Under the pieces are notes generated by a model. That model ran no database searches. It was not told the origin of the DNA and saw nothing but the letters and a program-made list of their open reading frames with translations. A stretch of 64,000 bases of DNA from Octopus sinensis (Eukaryota), in the NCBI RefSeq assembly GCF_006345805.1, contig NC_043005.1, positions 88,908,001 through 88,972,000 of the forward strand, in the 5' to 3' direction. Each line of letters begins with the position of its first letter. The first letter of the stretch is position 1. Both the position numbers and the translations under genes were made by a program. Shown piece after piece: positions 26,102 to 38,261 of the stretch.

Positions 26102-26292
26102 ATATATAGATATATATATATATATGTACTGCCGGCAGCCTACTCATCGTCTGGGGGCGTCGACATAACATTAACTCTTGTTTTCTCGTGTTCCTTTCTG
26201 TTGAAGAGCGTAGGCTCAAAACTTAAAAGACTTTCTTACCTTCCGAGCGTTAAACTAATACACCTGTTTGTTGTTTAAACACATGTCTTCGT

Positions 26293-26327
<35 letters not shown>

Positions 26328-26491
26328 CGCGCATTAAATTCAACTTACGTTGAAAATAAACAAAGTTTGCTTTAGAAGCTTTGAGATGTATTGAAAGATA
26401 AGGAAATAATTTTATTCTCAAACGTAGGAGAATGCTAATAATATAGCATGGACAGGATAAACTATCCATATTTTGCAGAAATCTGTCGGTA

Positions 26492-26562
26492 GCCAGCCAT
26501 GAGATTCGGACTCACACACCTGTGATTACGCGTCTAGTGCTTTACCATTAAGCTAAACTGAG
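26492..26562 (-). pseudogene. tRNA-like sequence (tRNA pseudogene or SINE head)
   Basis: TCAGTTTAGCTTAATGGTAAAGCAC...GAGTCCGAATCTCATGGCTGGC has A-box/B-box-like motifs; acceptor and anticodon stems imperfect. Confidence 0.4.
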
Positions 26563-27618
26563 TCAGCGAAAATTTTTCTGCAAATTTAGGATTTATATAT
26601 CTAGCTTTAGAAGACGCTACCGTACGTTAAATTCAAATTATGGATAGTTATCTGTTTATATATATTGTTGGCCTGCTCGCTTAGCGAGCGGGTTGGCGTC
26701 ATTTGAAGGCTAAAAGAATGCGAAGTGCATTGTGACCAGTGATGTGTAGCAACATCTGATAGCCTAGTCGGTCACGGTGATAATATATATATATATATAT
26801 ATTATAGATTATATATATATTATATATAATATATATATATTATATATATATATATATATTAGATTATATATAAAATAGTGGTAAACGAATTATTAGCCGT
26901 ACAGGCAAATTAATAAATATATACATACAATATTAGATTTGTACATATATACGTAAGGGTACTACACGAGTACCTATATCGCTAATTATAGAAGTCAGAA
27001 AATACTTCTGTACGACCGAAAAGTCACAAATCTATTACAGACAAGATAGGAAAAAATATCAGTGAATAATAATAATGTCTTACCTCAAATAGGTCAGAAC
27101 AAGTAAATGCTGGTCAACTCGGTACCGGTTTCGAAATTTAACGCATATATATATATCATGATGATGATGTGTATATGTATATATATGTATGTATGTATAA
27201 ATGTGTGTACACACGCACATAACTATTTTTACATCATTTTTATTCAGCTGAGGATTTCAAATGCGACTTTAGAGTTGGGTATTCCGTACGTGGCACTTGT
27301 GTCAATTAACAAAAATATTAATAAAATTATATGCATACATACATACATACATACATACATACATACATACATACATACATACATACATACATACATACGT
27401 ACATATAACTAAATTTAACTGAAATTGATGGGTGAGCGTTTGGCCAATAAGATTCGCAAGGAGTCACGAAAGCGTCGATTTTTGAGTTCGATTCTGCCTG
27501 AGGTTAGCTCATCATTTTTCAGTCATTTGTTTACATTAAACAAATTGTCGATTCAAATCGGAGAATAAATATCATTATGCTATATATTATATGCAGTTAC
27601 ATATATATTATGTAGATA

Positions 27619-27691
<73 letters not shown>

Positions 27692-27986
27692 ATAAGTTTT
27701 TTTCCAGAAAACATTTCATCAAAAGTGGCACCATATTAAAATACTTTTAAAGGTTAAAATTATAAACAATTTATAGACAAGGGCAAAAGAAAAATTATTT
27801 CTATGCCAAAATGCTGAGAACAGACTTTAAATCGTCAATTACCACATACCCACACACTCGTTTAACCTGTTACATTTTATTCTGTTTGTTCATAACCTAT
27901 ATATATGTGTGTGAGTGGGTGTTTATATGTGTATGTATTTTTGTGTGTGCGTGTATATATACATGCCACCATGAATATGTGTGCAT

Positions 27987-28800
27987 ACGAGGTGGTATGA
28001 AAATCTTCCAAGACTATTTATATATCTAAGTTTTAAACATCATCGCTTTCGAAATAGCCACCGTACGCAACAATTCACCCGTCCCAGTGTTCCTGCCAGT
28101 TTTGGTATCCAGCCTGGAAGTCGTTTTCTGTAAACATGTCGAGGACCTTCTGTCTTTCTCCCTTGATTTTGACAATGGTGTTGAAATGGCAACCTTTGAG
28201 CTGCGTTTTCATCTTGGGGGAAGAAACGGAAGTGCGCAGGTGCAAGATGTGGCGAATATGGCGCATGTGGAAGCGATACGATGTTGCTTTGGCGGGAAAC
28301 TCACAGGTGAGAAGAGCTCGGTGACAGGGGGCACTGTCGTCGTTATGAATTTTAATTTTTTGTTCTCCACAAATCCGATCGCTTTCGCCGAATGTCCTCC
28401 CTCAAACGCTTCAAAACCTCGTTCGTTGCCATCCGTCCATCCTCATGCACATGCTGATCAATGCTCTCAACATTTCCGGTAGGTGACGCTCGTGGCAGGT
28501 CTTCCTGATCGTTCATCCTCTCCCAGGGACGTTCTTCCTCTTTTGAAGCATCCGTGCCACTTGAAACTGCGTACGACCCATTGCCTCATCATCGTAAGAT
28601 TCCTGAAGCATGCTCAATGTCTCTGTAGGAGACTTCGCAAGTTTGTCGCAAGATTTCACGTTGGTTCTTTGTTCCAACTTCCTGTCCTTGACAAAAAGTG
28701 CAAACTACACCATACACGTGATCCCAAGAACACAAAGTTTACAACTTGCGAACACAGGAATGTCACTTGGCACACTGCCTCATGAAGACTGTTGCCTTTC
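27987..28800 (-). mobile_element. Internally deleted mariner relic
   Basis: TA|CGAGGTGGTATGAAAA end; KMKTQLKGCHF...DFQAGYQNWQEHW C-terminal segment and HTH-like N-terminal segment. Confidence 0.72.
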
Positions 28801-28983
28801 CACTCAGAGCAACGTAACATTTCTTGCGTAATGAGATAAAACAAAGTTGTTTATGATTAAAAACCATCAAAGGATCTCCTTCTAATGGACGAGAGCAGAT
28901 AAAGAATAAAAGACAGGAAATCATTCAACTTGCATTCAAATTTAAAAGTGGAAATTTATGGTGTTTTATTGTTGTTTGCTTAC

Positions 28984-29138
28984 CAAAGACAACTGAGGGA
29001 ATGTAGGATCCAGCACCACCAATAGCAGTGATAAAGCGTAACACATATATGGCATAAATATTGGAGATGAAGGCCATTGCTATTCCAGATGACCCTTGCA
29101 AAAATAAACACGCAATTATCACTTTCTTGCGACCAAAT
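28984..29138 (-). CDS. SLC22: SLC22 coding exon 4 (TM3-TM4)
   Basis: TTTTTTCAG acceptor; (R)FGRKKVIIACLFLQGSSGIAMAFISNIYAIYVLRFITAIGGAGSYIPSVVF, completing MFS motif A (SDRFGRK); G|GTAAGC donor; 155 nt. Confidence 0.93.
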
Positions 29139-29179
29139 CTGAAAAAAATTGAAGAGACAAACTTAAATTTCATCTGATT

Positions 29180-29255
<76 letters not shown>

Positions 29256-29298
29256 ACACACTCACACACACACACATGCACACACACGCACACACACA

Positions 29299-29740
29299 TG
29301 AGGTGTGCTCAAAAGGTATCCGAATTTAATGTTTTCTCCTCCAAATCTAATGTCACGTGGGCAAAATCCTTTGGAAGGGGGGGTGACACTGCCCTTCCTG
29401 CGCCTGTATGTTGCATCAGTTCTCGGCTGTTATGCCTAAAGTAAAGATATGCAGTTCTCACTTGGATTTTCATGTTTGACCAAACGCTTGGTGGTACTCA
29501 AGCTCAAACCATCCAGAGAATTCAACAAACCATTGGCAATATGATACCATGGACAAAACTCAGATTTAGGAGTGGTATAACTGCTCCAAACATGGCTTCT
29601 ACTAAGTGGTGGGTGAAGCATGTTCAGGCAGGCCATCCACAAGCGGAAACGAGGTGACTGAGAAGAATAGTTATGGAAGGACATCATGTAACAATCCAGG
29701 AAATTACTTATGAAGGAAGTTATCCATGAATTCCATAGAA
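29299..29740 (+). mobile_element. Mariner 5' fragment
   Basis: GAGGTGTGCTCAAAAGGTATCCG TIR-like start; QTLGGTQAQTIQRIQQT...SGRPST HTH region in broken frames. Confidence 0.6.
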
Positions 29741-30974
29741 TCTTTAAATCATCAGAACTTTTGTCCCCCATTTTCCCTTTTGTGAAATTACTTTGGTGAA
29801 GAGTTCTTTTATATTATTTGCTTATATTTTCATATATTTTTTGCATTATTTTTACTTCACGTCTTTTTATTTCTTCTTGTTATTTTGCTTAAATTAAGGA
29901 TGGGGAATTCCTGAATTTCTTTCTAGCATTTGAACTTAATTGATATGAGGATATCCAAATGCGATGAACATTTTTCTATAATGATAGCAACACAATATAT
30001 CTTCACTTTGATATTTACTTCCATGGCCCAAATCCATGTAATTTCGTCCAATGCTGGCCTTAAGTACACTGTATATATAATGAGTTGGCTTTATTGTGTA
30101 TATTTAAAGTTCAATAGTTGATGTTCCGCTAATCAGATGAGCTAGCTTTCTTTATTTGCTTTAATTTGTGAAGAAACGGTTGTACTATATATTAGTGTTT
30201 TTTAATGTGTCTTTTACTTGTTCCAGTCTTTTGATTGTGGCCATGCTGGGGCACTGCCTTGAGGAATGTCTAGTCAAATGAAACGATCCCAGTACTTTTT
30301 TCTCAAGCCTGGTACCAATCTTATGGTATGTAGAAATTTATAAACGTTTAGGTATTTCTCAACCAGAATTTACCATCTACCTACATTCTTTTGTTAAAAA
30401 CAAAACATTGAGGCACCCAATTACTAAGGACTTGAATACTGGACTTTGTACCTTTGACCTTTGCATTGTGAAATCCAATACATCCAATAATACCAAAAGC
30501 AACAACAATACTCTCCCACCTTGTGCTGACCTAAGAAAAGAGAAACACATACACACTTGTCTACAAATTTCTACCTGCATGAATAAATTCTAAACAATAA
30601 CATCGTCCCACATATAATCAATAAAAATTTCTCCAAAACACCTCTCCATAATAACCAACCATAAAAACCTGATTACCACTCCATTCAAACCCACACACCA
30701 AAGGAAGATTCTAGCTTAGACTATATAAAGGCAAGACCAACTCTAATGAATTGCAGTCGGACTATGGCTTAGCTGGTCGAAACTTCGAAGTCACTGTCAA
30801 CAACATTCTTGCTTAAGAATAATAAATATTCATTTATATATATATACACAAACACACACAAACACATTCAACACACATTCAACACCACAAGCATATCACA
30901 CACATATATCACACACACACACAAACACACGCACACACACACAAACACACACATACATACACACACACAGACGC

Positions 30975-31335
30975 AGGATTGGCTGTGTGGTAAGAAGCTT
31001 GTTCCCCAACCACATAGCTCCGATTTAGATATTGGGCAAGTGTCTTTTAGTATACCCTCGGGCCGACCAAGGCCTTGTGAGTGGATTTGGTAGACAGAAA
31101 CTGAAAGAAACCCGCCACACACACATACACATATGTGCACGTATATATTTGTGTTTGTATGTGTGTGTGTGTGTGTTTGTGTTTGTCCCCCTCCATCGCT
31201 TGATAACCGTAGTGGTTCGGCAAAAGGAACCGATACAATAAGTACTAGATTTACAATAAATAAGTCCTGAGCTTGATTTGTTCGACTACAGGTGGTGCTC
31301 CAGCATGGCCGCAGTCAAGTGACTGGAAGAAGTAT
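30975..31335 (+). mobile_element. SINE
   Basis: Shared head, core and CAGCATGGCCGCAGTC tail. Confidence 0.75.
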
Positions 31336-32046
31336 AAGAATATGTGTGTGTATGAACGTCTGTGTGTGTATATATATATAGTCTATACATGTATGTATAT
31401 ATATTATATATATATGTATGTGTGTGTGTACTTGTGTGTGTGCCTGTGTGCACGACGGTGTGTATGCATGTGTGTGTGTGTGTACCAATGTTTATATGTA
31501 TTTATATATGTGCATATTTGAGTATGTATTTATACTCTTGTTCCCAGATCTGACTCCTAATAGTAGCACCTGTTAAGGTCCCAGGTATGGTTTAATTTGC
31601 ATGTAAATCACTGGGAATGATGGACCCCTATTTCTTGTCAGAACTTCCTCTTAGGCAAAGGTAAACTTATATAAAAAAAGCATTGAAGTGCAGTTGGCTT
31701 CTGGTCATCTCAGCCTCTGTTGTGCCTCTGGTTTTATGGCAGTTTGCTCAGAAAAGTGGTTCTTCTCAAAACAAATCCATGCACAGGAACTTCTTGGACT
31801 CTCAGAACGTTTGCAAGGAAGTGAACTTATGAATGGACAGTATGATTATGAGTGGTCATGCTCGGTCATGAGTATAACATCCACAACCATTTATACATAT
31901 AAAGTATACACAGAAAAGACAGAGACAGACACAGACAGACAGACAGACACACACAAAACATAATATATATGAATGTGCAAAAAACGCAAAATAGAATGCA
32001 AACACTGAACACAACCAGCATGATGCAGATACGACACGGGACTTAC

Positions 32047-32158
32047 CTGTCTGATAAAATTCCACAGCCGACCATAGCGCGAAAAGGTATGCCCATGAAG
32101 AAAAAGGTATGGTGTGATTGCGACTTGCCAGAATCGCTTTATCGCAAACGAGATTCAG
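32047..32158 (-). CDS. SLC22: SLC22 coding exon 3 (LNLVC...ILSDR), frameshifted as assembled
   Basis: GCAG acceptor and AG|GTAAGT donor; starts LNLVCDKAILAS in one frame and ends FFMGI...VGCGILSD(R) in another. Length 112 nt is incompatible with flanking phases, which need length mod 3 = 2. Confidence 0.85.
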
Positions 32159-32749
32159 CTGCGATGAGAAATATGAAAAACTATTTAATGTATACAGTTT
32201 ATAATTTGATAATAATAAATGAGACTATGAGTTTTCAAACGGATCGTGTAATCGAACACCGTCGGCCACCGGATATTGTTTATATTAAATAAGAGAGACA
32301 AATACTGTAAGATCATTAACGTAGCCATAATAATGATAATAATAATAAACTGTGTTTTAATATTAAAATTGAAAAAAATTGGCCATGTTTTGTAAAAATA
32401 TTTGGACCTGGGTTTGCACCCCTAGGCAAATTTCCCAATTCCTGCGTTGGGAGTGAATCCAGACTTTTGTGGAGTAGGATCTTGAAATTTTGTTGGAGGG
32501 ACTTTGTTTGTAAATTATAAAGATTGTTTTCAAGAATAGAATTAGTCAGAATCTATTCTGACCCAGGAGTTATATTGGAAAGATTATCAATAACCATTGC
32601 CAGAACACTTCACGCTATATGGCGACAATGTCTTGGAACCACAATCAATATCCAGTCCCAACAACATTGCATCATAGAGATGTATTTTGCTAGAAAACTC
32701 TATCAATAAAACCCTAGAACATATTCCATTTACTTCACTCTTTCACCCT

Positions 32750-33920
32750 CTATATACGCAGATATCTCCCTGGATAAGAGGTGTCTATACCCAGATATCT
32801 CCCTGGATAAGATGGTGTCTATACCAGGTATCTCCCTAGATAAGATGGTTGGTCTATACCCAGATATCACGTGGTAAGATATAGTGTGTCTATACCCAGA
32901 TATCTCCCTGGATAAGATGGTGTCTATTCCCAGATATCTCGCGCTGTATAAGATGGTTGTCTATACCCAGATATCTCCCTGGATAAGATGGTGTCTATTC
33001 CCAGATATCTCGCTGGATAAGATGGTGTCTATACCCAGATATCTCCCGGGATAAGATGGTTGTCTATACCCAGATATCTCCCGGATAAGATGGGTGTCTG
33101 TACCCAGGTATCTCCCTGGATAAGAGGTGTCTATACTAGGTATCTCCCTGGATAAGATGGTGTCTATACACCAGGTATTTCCCTAGATAAGATGGTTTTG
33201 TCTATACCCAGATATCATCGTGGATATAAGTAGTGTCTATACCCAGATATCTCCCTGGATAAGATGGTGTCTATTCCCAGATATCTCGCTGTATAAGATG
33301 GTGTCTATACCCAGATATCTCCCTGGATAAGATGGTGTCTATTCCCAGATATCTCGCTGGATAAGATGGTGTCTATACCCAGATATCTCCCGGGATAAGA
33401 TGGTGTCTATACCCAGATATCTCCCTGGATAAGATGGTGTCTGTACCCAGGTATCTCCCTGGATAAGATGGTGTCTATACCCAGATATCTCCCTGGATAA
33501 GATGGTGTCTATACCCAGGTATCTCCCTAGATAAGATGGTGTCTATACCCAGATATCATCGTGGATAAGATAGTGTCTATACCCAGATATCTCCCTGGAT
33601 AAGATGGTGTCTATTCCCAGATATCTCGCTGTATAAGATGGTGTCTATACCCAGATATCTCCCTGGATAAGATGGTGTCTATTCCCAGATATCTCGCTGG
33701 ATAAGATGGTGTCTATACCCAGATATCTCCCGGGATAAGATGGTGTCTATACCCAGATATCTCCCTGGATAAGATGGTGTCTGTACCCAGGTATCTCCCT
33801 GGATAAGATGGTGTCTATACTCAGGTATCTCCCTGGATAAGATGGTGTCTATACCCAGGTATCTCCCTAGATAAGGTGGTGTCTATATCCAGATATCTCC
33901 CTGGATAAGATGGTATCTAT
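32750..33920. repeat. 34-bp minisatellite (~34 units) with 10-unit higher-order period
   Basis: Unit CTCCCTGGATAAGATGGTGTCTATACCCAGATAT; variant ATCATCGTGG...TAGTG at ~32866, 33214, 33555. Confidence 0.93.
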
Positions 33921-33924
33921 CTTT

Positions 33925-34400
33925 GTCCTCGACCTTGTCAACCTTGGGTCTTGTAGGAATTATCCTAAACCCATTCTGCCAGTTGCCATGGTTCTCATCA
34001 ACTCCTTTGGTATTAGGCATAACACTGTAACCTTCCATTTCCACTTTGATGCCAATTGATGACACCTTCAGGTCCCAACTGTCCCTTATTCTATGATTTC
34101 TCTTGTTCAGGGCTGAATTGTTGACCTTGGTAATTGATGGGATTTTGAAGGATGGCAGAGCTTTCAGAGCTGTGTCAAAGTGTTCTCCTGATTGTTAATT
34201 AGTAATAAAGGGATTGGTGGTTCCAGACAGTAAGAAATAGAATTTTTCAACCGTCTTCCCTTTCTCTGGCATCATGGATCTTGATTTGGTGACTTGAAGG
34301 TCTTTCTTGGTAAGGTATGTCTTGCAATATTCACCAACTGTTTGGGACTAATTTCACCAATATTAGCTATAAAGACACTTACTGGGGGGGGACTGTCCAA
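33925..34400 (-). mobile_element. Possible old CR1-like LINE remnant
   Basis: Frame-broken PYQERL/K..SM..RER-like text near 34250-34330 only. Confidence 0.3.
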
Positions 34401-34901
34401 CAACTGATTTATATGAGGATCTTCCTTATTTCACCTCAGTCTACTTGGTTACCGTATTTACGGCAAGAGCCAACAGGAGAACAAACTGATGCTTGTCTGG
34501 TGGTTTTGACTCTGAAGTGACCAGACGTCTCAAATTCCTGAAGAAATCAAAGATCAGGTGAACACATAGTGATGGTGCTGTGTACATTCGGTTTTGCTTA
34601 TATACATGCATGCAGACACATGCGCACATATGAATAGGATCTTATGACTGAATTGAAAATAGAATTTAGGTCCAAATAACAAAGATCTTGGTAGAACATA
34701 ACAACCTTAACCAATTTGTGTACATTGATATCCAAGCCTAATTGTTTAAGCTCTCCTCATTGCATACTAAATATAAACACACAAATATTACGTTCGTAAT
34801 GTCCAACATTTGTGTTTCTGCATGTGACCGTGACATGACATTTATTGTATTGGTGTGTGCATCTGATACTGAGCTTCTCACGATGGTTGAACTAATTTAA
34901 A

Positions 34902-35375
34902 TTTAGTTACATCTGTAGCTTTCAGCCTTGTGGGCCTTACCATGCATGTGTAAATATTTCGTTAGACAGAAAGAAGTATTCTTATCTCGGTGCAGAGGTC
35001 CAGTGTACTGTCTCTCACTTAAGGTGAGTGAATTATACTGAAACACTGGCTGTTTCAGAGTCTGCCATGTCACTGAATTCTGCATTGTCAACACACGTCA
35101 TCTCAAAGGGAGAAACGTTTATTCAGGCAAAATCCAAGAACGCGAAACATTATTTACTTTTCAGGTCTGCTGGAATACACGCATCAGTGATCTGATTCTC
35201 ACTGCTTTCCATGCTCTGGTTAATTTAATATATAATATGCACACACACACACACACACACGCACTTACACACACGCACTTACACACACACACATATATGA
35301 ATGTATACATGGTGTTTTCCACTAATCTTACTCTTTCTCTCTCTCTCTCTATATATATATATAATAAATATAAAT

Positions 35376-35409
<34 letters not shown>

Positions 35410-35426
35410 ATATATATATATATATA

Positions 35427-35474
<48 letters not shown>

Positions 35475-35481
35475 TATATAT

Positions 35482-35565
<84 letters not shown>

Positions 35566-35665
35566 CTAACTGGCTCCATCAAACTCAAACTCACAGATGG
35601 GACTATCAACAATACACAAGACCACCACAGCAAATAGACCCAAGGTGGACACCACTGGCAACAAC
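34902..35665. repeat. Local duplicate of 37709-38367 flanked by a 12-bp TSD
   Basis: 34907-35665 is near-identical to 37709-38367 except microsatellite lengths; AACTAATTTAAA at 34890-34901 and 35663-35674. Confidence 0.9.
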
Positions 35666-35704
35666 TAATTTAAAGCTGTGGCTGTGAAAACTTTTTATGA
35701 CATA

Positions 35705-36190
35705 GTTGTGAGCGTAGGCGTGACTGTTTGGTAAACCGTTTGCTTCTCAACCACATGTTTCTGGGTTCAGTCCCATTGCATGGCACCTTGGGTAAGTGCC
35801 TTCTATAGCTTCATGTCGATAAAAGACTTGTGAGTGGATTTGGTTGACGGAAACTGAAAGACGCCTGTCATGTGTGTATACATATATGTATATATATATA
35901 TATATATGTGTGTGTTTGTGTGTGTATGTTTGTGAGTGTGTGAGTGTGTGTGTGTGTGTGTGTAAGTGTGTGTTTGTGTTTGTTCGCTACCATTGCTTGA
36001 AACCGATGTTGGTGTGTTTACGGACCCGTAACTTAACAGTTCAGCAAAACGGACCAATAGAATAAGTTCCAGGTTTAATAAAAATACAATAACTACTGAG
36101 TTTGATTCGTTCAAGCAGAATTCTTCAAGCAATGCCCCAGCATGGCCACAGTCTAATGACTGAAAGTAGCAAATGATAAAAGATAAAAGA
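35705..36190 (+). mobile_element. SINE
   Basis: Shared head, core and CCCCAGCATGGCCACAGTC...AAAGATAAAAGA tail. Confidence 0.78.
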
Positions 36191-37007
36191 TATTTATGGT
36201 CATGAGGGAAATGTTTATTTATGATGGTTACAATGTCAGAAGTAAAATTATATTGAGCATGAGCGAAAAGAAGTTGGTCCAACGTTAAATGCTACAGCGC
36301 CCCCTTTCTATAAAATGTAGACGCCATGAAATTGTATGTATTCACACAGTAACAAATTCTGAATTCTTCTTTTATATATCTTTAACATTTCAATGTTTGT
36401 ATTATTAAAGCTGTTAATCACCATGTCCTTTGTGGCAACCAAGGCGAAAATAATAACTTTTGGATTATTGAGAAATATTCAATATTCAAGATTTGAAGAG
36501 GTAAATTATACGCCTTTCTATAGACAACATGCACACACATATATGTATACATGCACACACATATGTATACATACACACACATACTCGTACATACTTCCAT
36601 ATATACACTCATATATTTTAGTAAGTTAACATGGTAATACAGTTTGTGGGATTGGCAGAGAGAAAGATGAGAAGAAATAAAATAAAATAAAGCAGGATAG
36701 GATACAATATAGAGGGAAAGTGAAATGAAAGAAAATAAATTGAAATATAATAAAAGGGGGTAGAGTCGAAAGAGTTTTAATTTTCTGTAATTGGTTGAGG
36801 GGATATAAAGGATCACAGATATAAAGGGTCACATATTAAAGGATCACGGATATAAAGGCTTTAATGGTTCCTGGATATAAAAGTTTTAAAAGTTTAAAAG
36901 GCCTGTGGACATAGAAGCAGATTTAAAAGTAGATAGGAGATAGGTAGGGAGATGGATAGACAGGTAGATATCTGAGTTGTTAGATAGATAGACAGACAGA
37001 TAGAACA

Positions 37008-37061
<54 letters not shown>

Positions 37062-37145
37062 TTCTCTCTCTCTTTGTCTCTCTCTCCTCGCCCTCTTCTC
37101 CCCGCTTCTCCTCTCTCTCTATCTATATATATATATATATATATA

Positions 37146-37215
<70 letters not shown>

Positions 37216-37456
37216 CTATGTACCAGAGTAAGAACATAAATGTGAAACAAGGTAGAAAAAATAGTACTCGAATACTGGAGGTAGAGTAATATGCTTTATT
37301 GATAAAGCTTCAAAAACATAACAAAAGCTGTTACTCAGAGTTTCACATTCCCGTTCGTCGGAAAGTTTTAGATAAATAGATAGATAGCTTGGTAGTTAGA
37401 TAGAAGGATAGACATTTTAGCTCAGATGTGCGAAGTGACCTACAAAATAACCTTAC

Positions 37457-37679
37457 CTGAGTGGTGATTGAGGTGTGTGTGTTGGTTTTATCATACACCC
37501 AAGAACTGCACTTCTTTGTAGTCCGATTTCCATTTTCTGTGGTATTGGAATATATCAAACATTTTTCATAAACCTCCTCCCCTTCATCCTCACTCTTTGG
37601 AATATATTCGTTGATCAGTTCTTCATGGCTTTCACTTTGGATTTTATACGTGTCGTTGTCGTAACCAGGAATAGCACAC
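37457..37679 (-). CDS. SLC22: SLC22 coding exon 2 (large extracellular loop)
   Basis: TTTTCCTAG acceptor; (R)CAIPGYDNDTYKIQSESHEELINEYIPKSEDEGEEVYEKCLIYSNTTENGNRTTKKCSSWVYDKTNTHTSITTQ with loop cysteines, N-x-T sites and C..WVYD motif; CAG|GTAAGG donor; 223 nt; phase matches exon 1. Confidence 0.92.
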
Positions 37680-38196
37680 CTAGGAAAATAATATACAAAA
37701 TAGGTTTCTTACATCTGTAGCTTTCAGCCTTGTGGGCTTTACCATGCATGTGTAAATATTTCGTTAGACAGAAAGAAGTATTCTTATCTCGGTGCAGAGG
37801 TCCAGTGTACTGTCTCTCACTTAAGGGTGAGTGAATTATACTGAAACACTGGCTGTTTCAGAGTCTGCCATGTCACTGAATTCTGCATTGTCAACACACA
37901 TCGTCTCAAAGGGAGAAACGTTTATTCAGGCAAAATCCAAGAGCGCGAAACAATATTTACTTTTCAGGTCTGCTGGAATACACGCATCAGTGATCTGATT
38001 CTCACTGCTTTCCATGCTCTGGTTAATTTAATATATAATATGCACACACACACACCACACACACACACCACACACACACACACACACAACACACACACAC
38101 ACACACACACATACACACACACACACACTAACACACACACACATATATGAATGTATACATGGTGTTTTCCACTAATCTCTCTCTCTCTCTCTCTCT

Positions 38197-38238
<42 letters not shown>

Positions 38239-38261
38239 TATATATATATTATATATATATA

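Noticed and set aside
32750-33920. CRISPR-like appearance of regular ~34-bp repeats
   Set aside because: Head-to-tail units with no unique spacers, eukaryotic context, no cas genes.
37325-37372. Hammerhead-like CCGACGA...GAAACTCTGAGTA (minus), and a truncated relative at ~49065-49090
   Set aside because: Core and stem I mutated; too decayed to claim individually.
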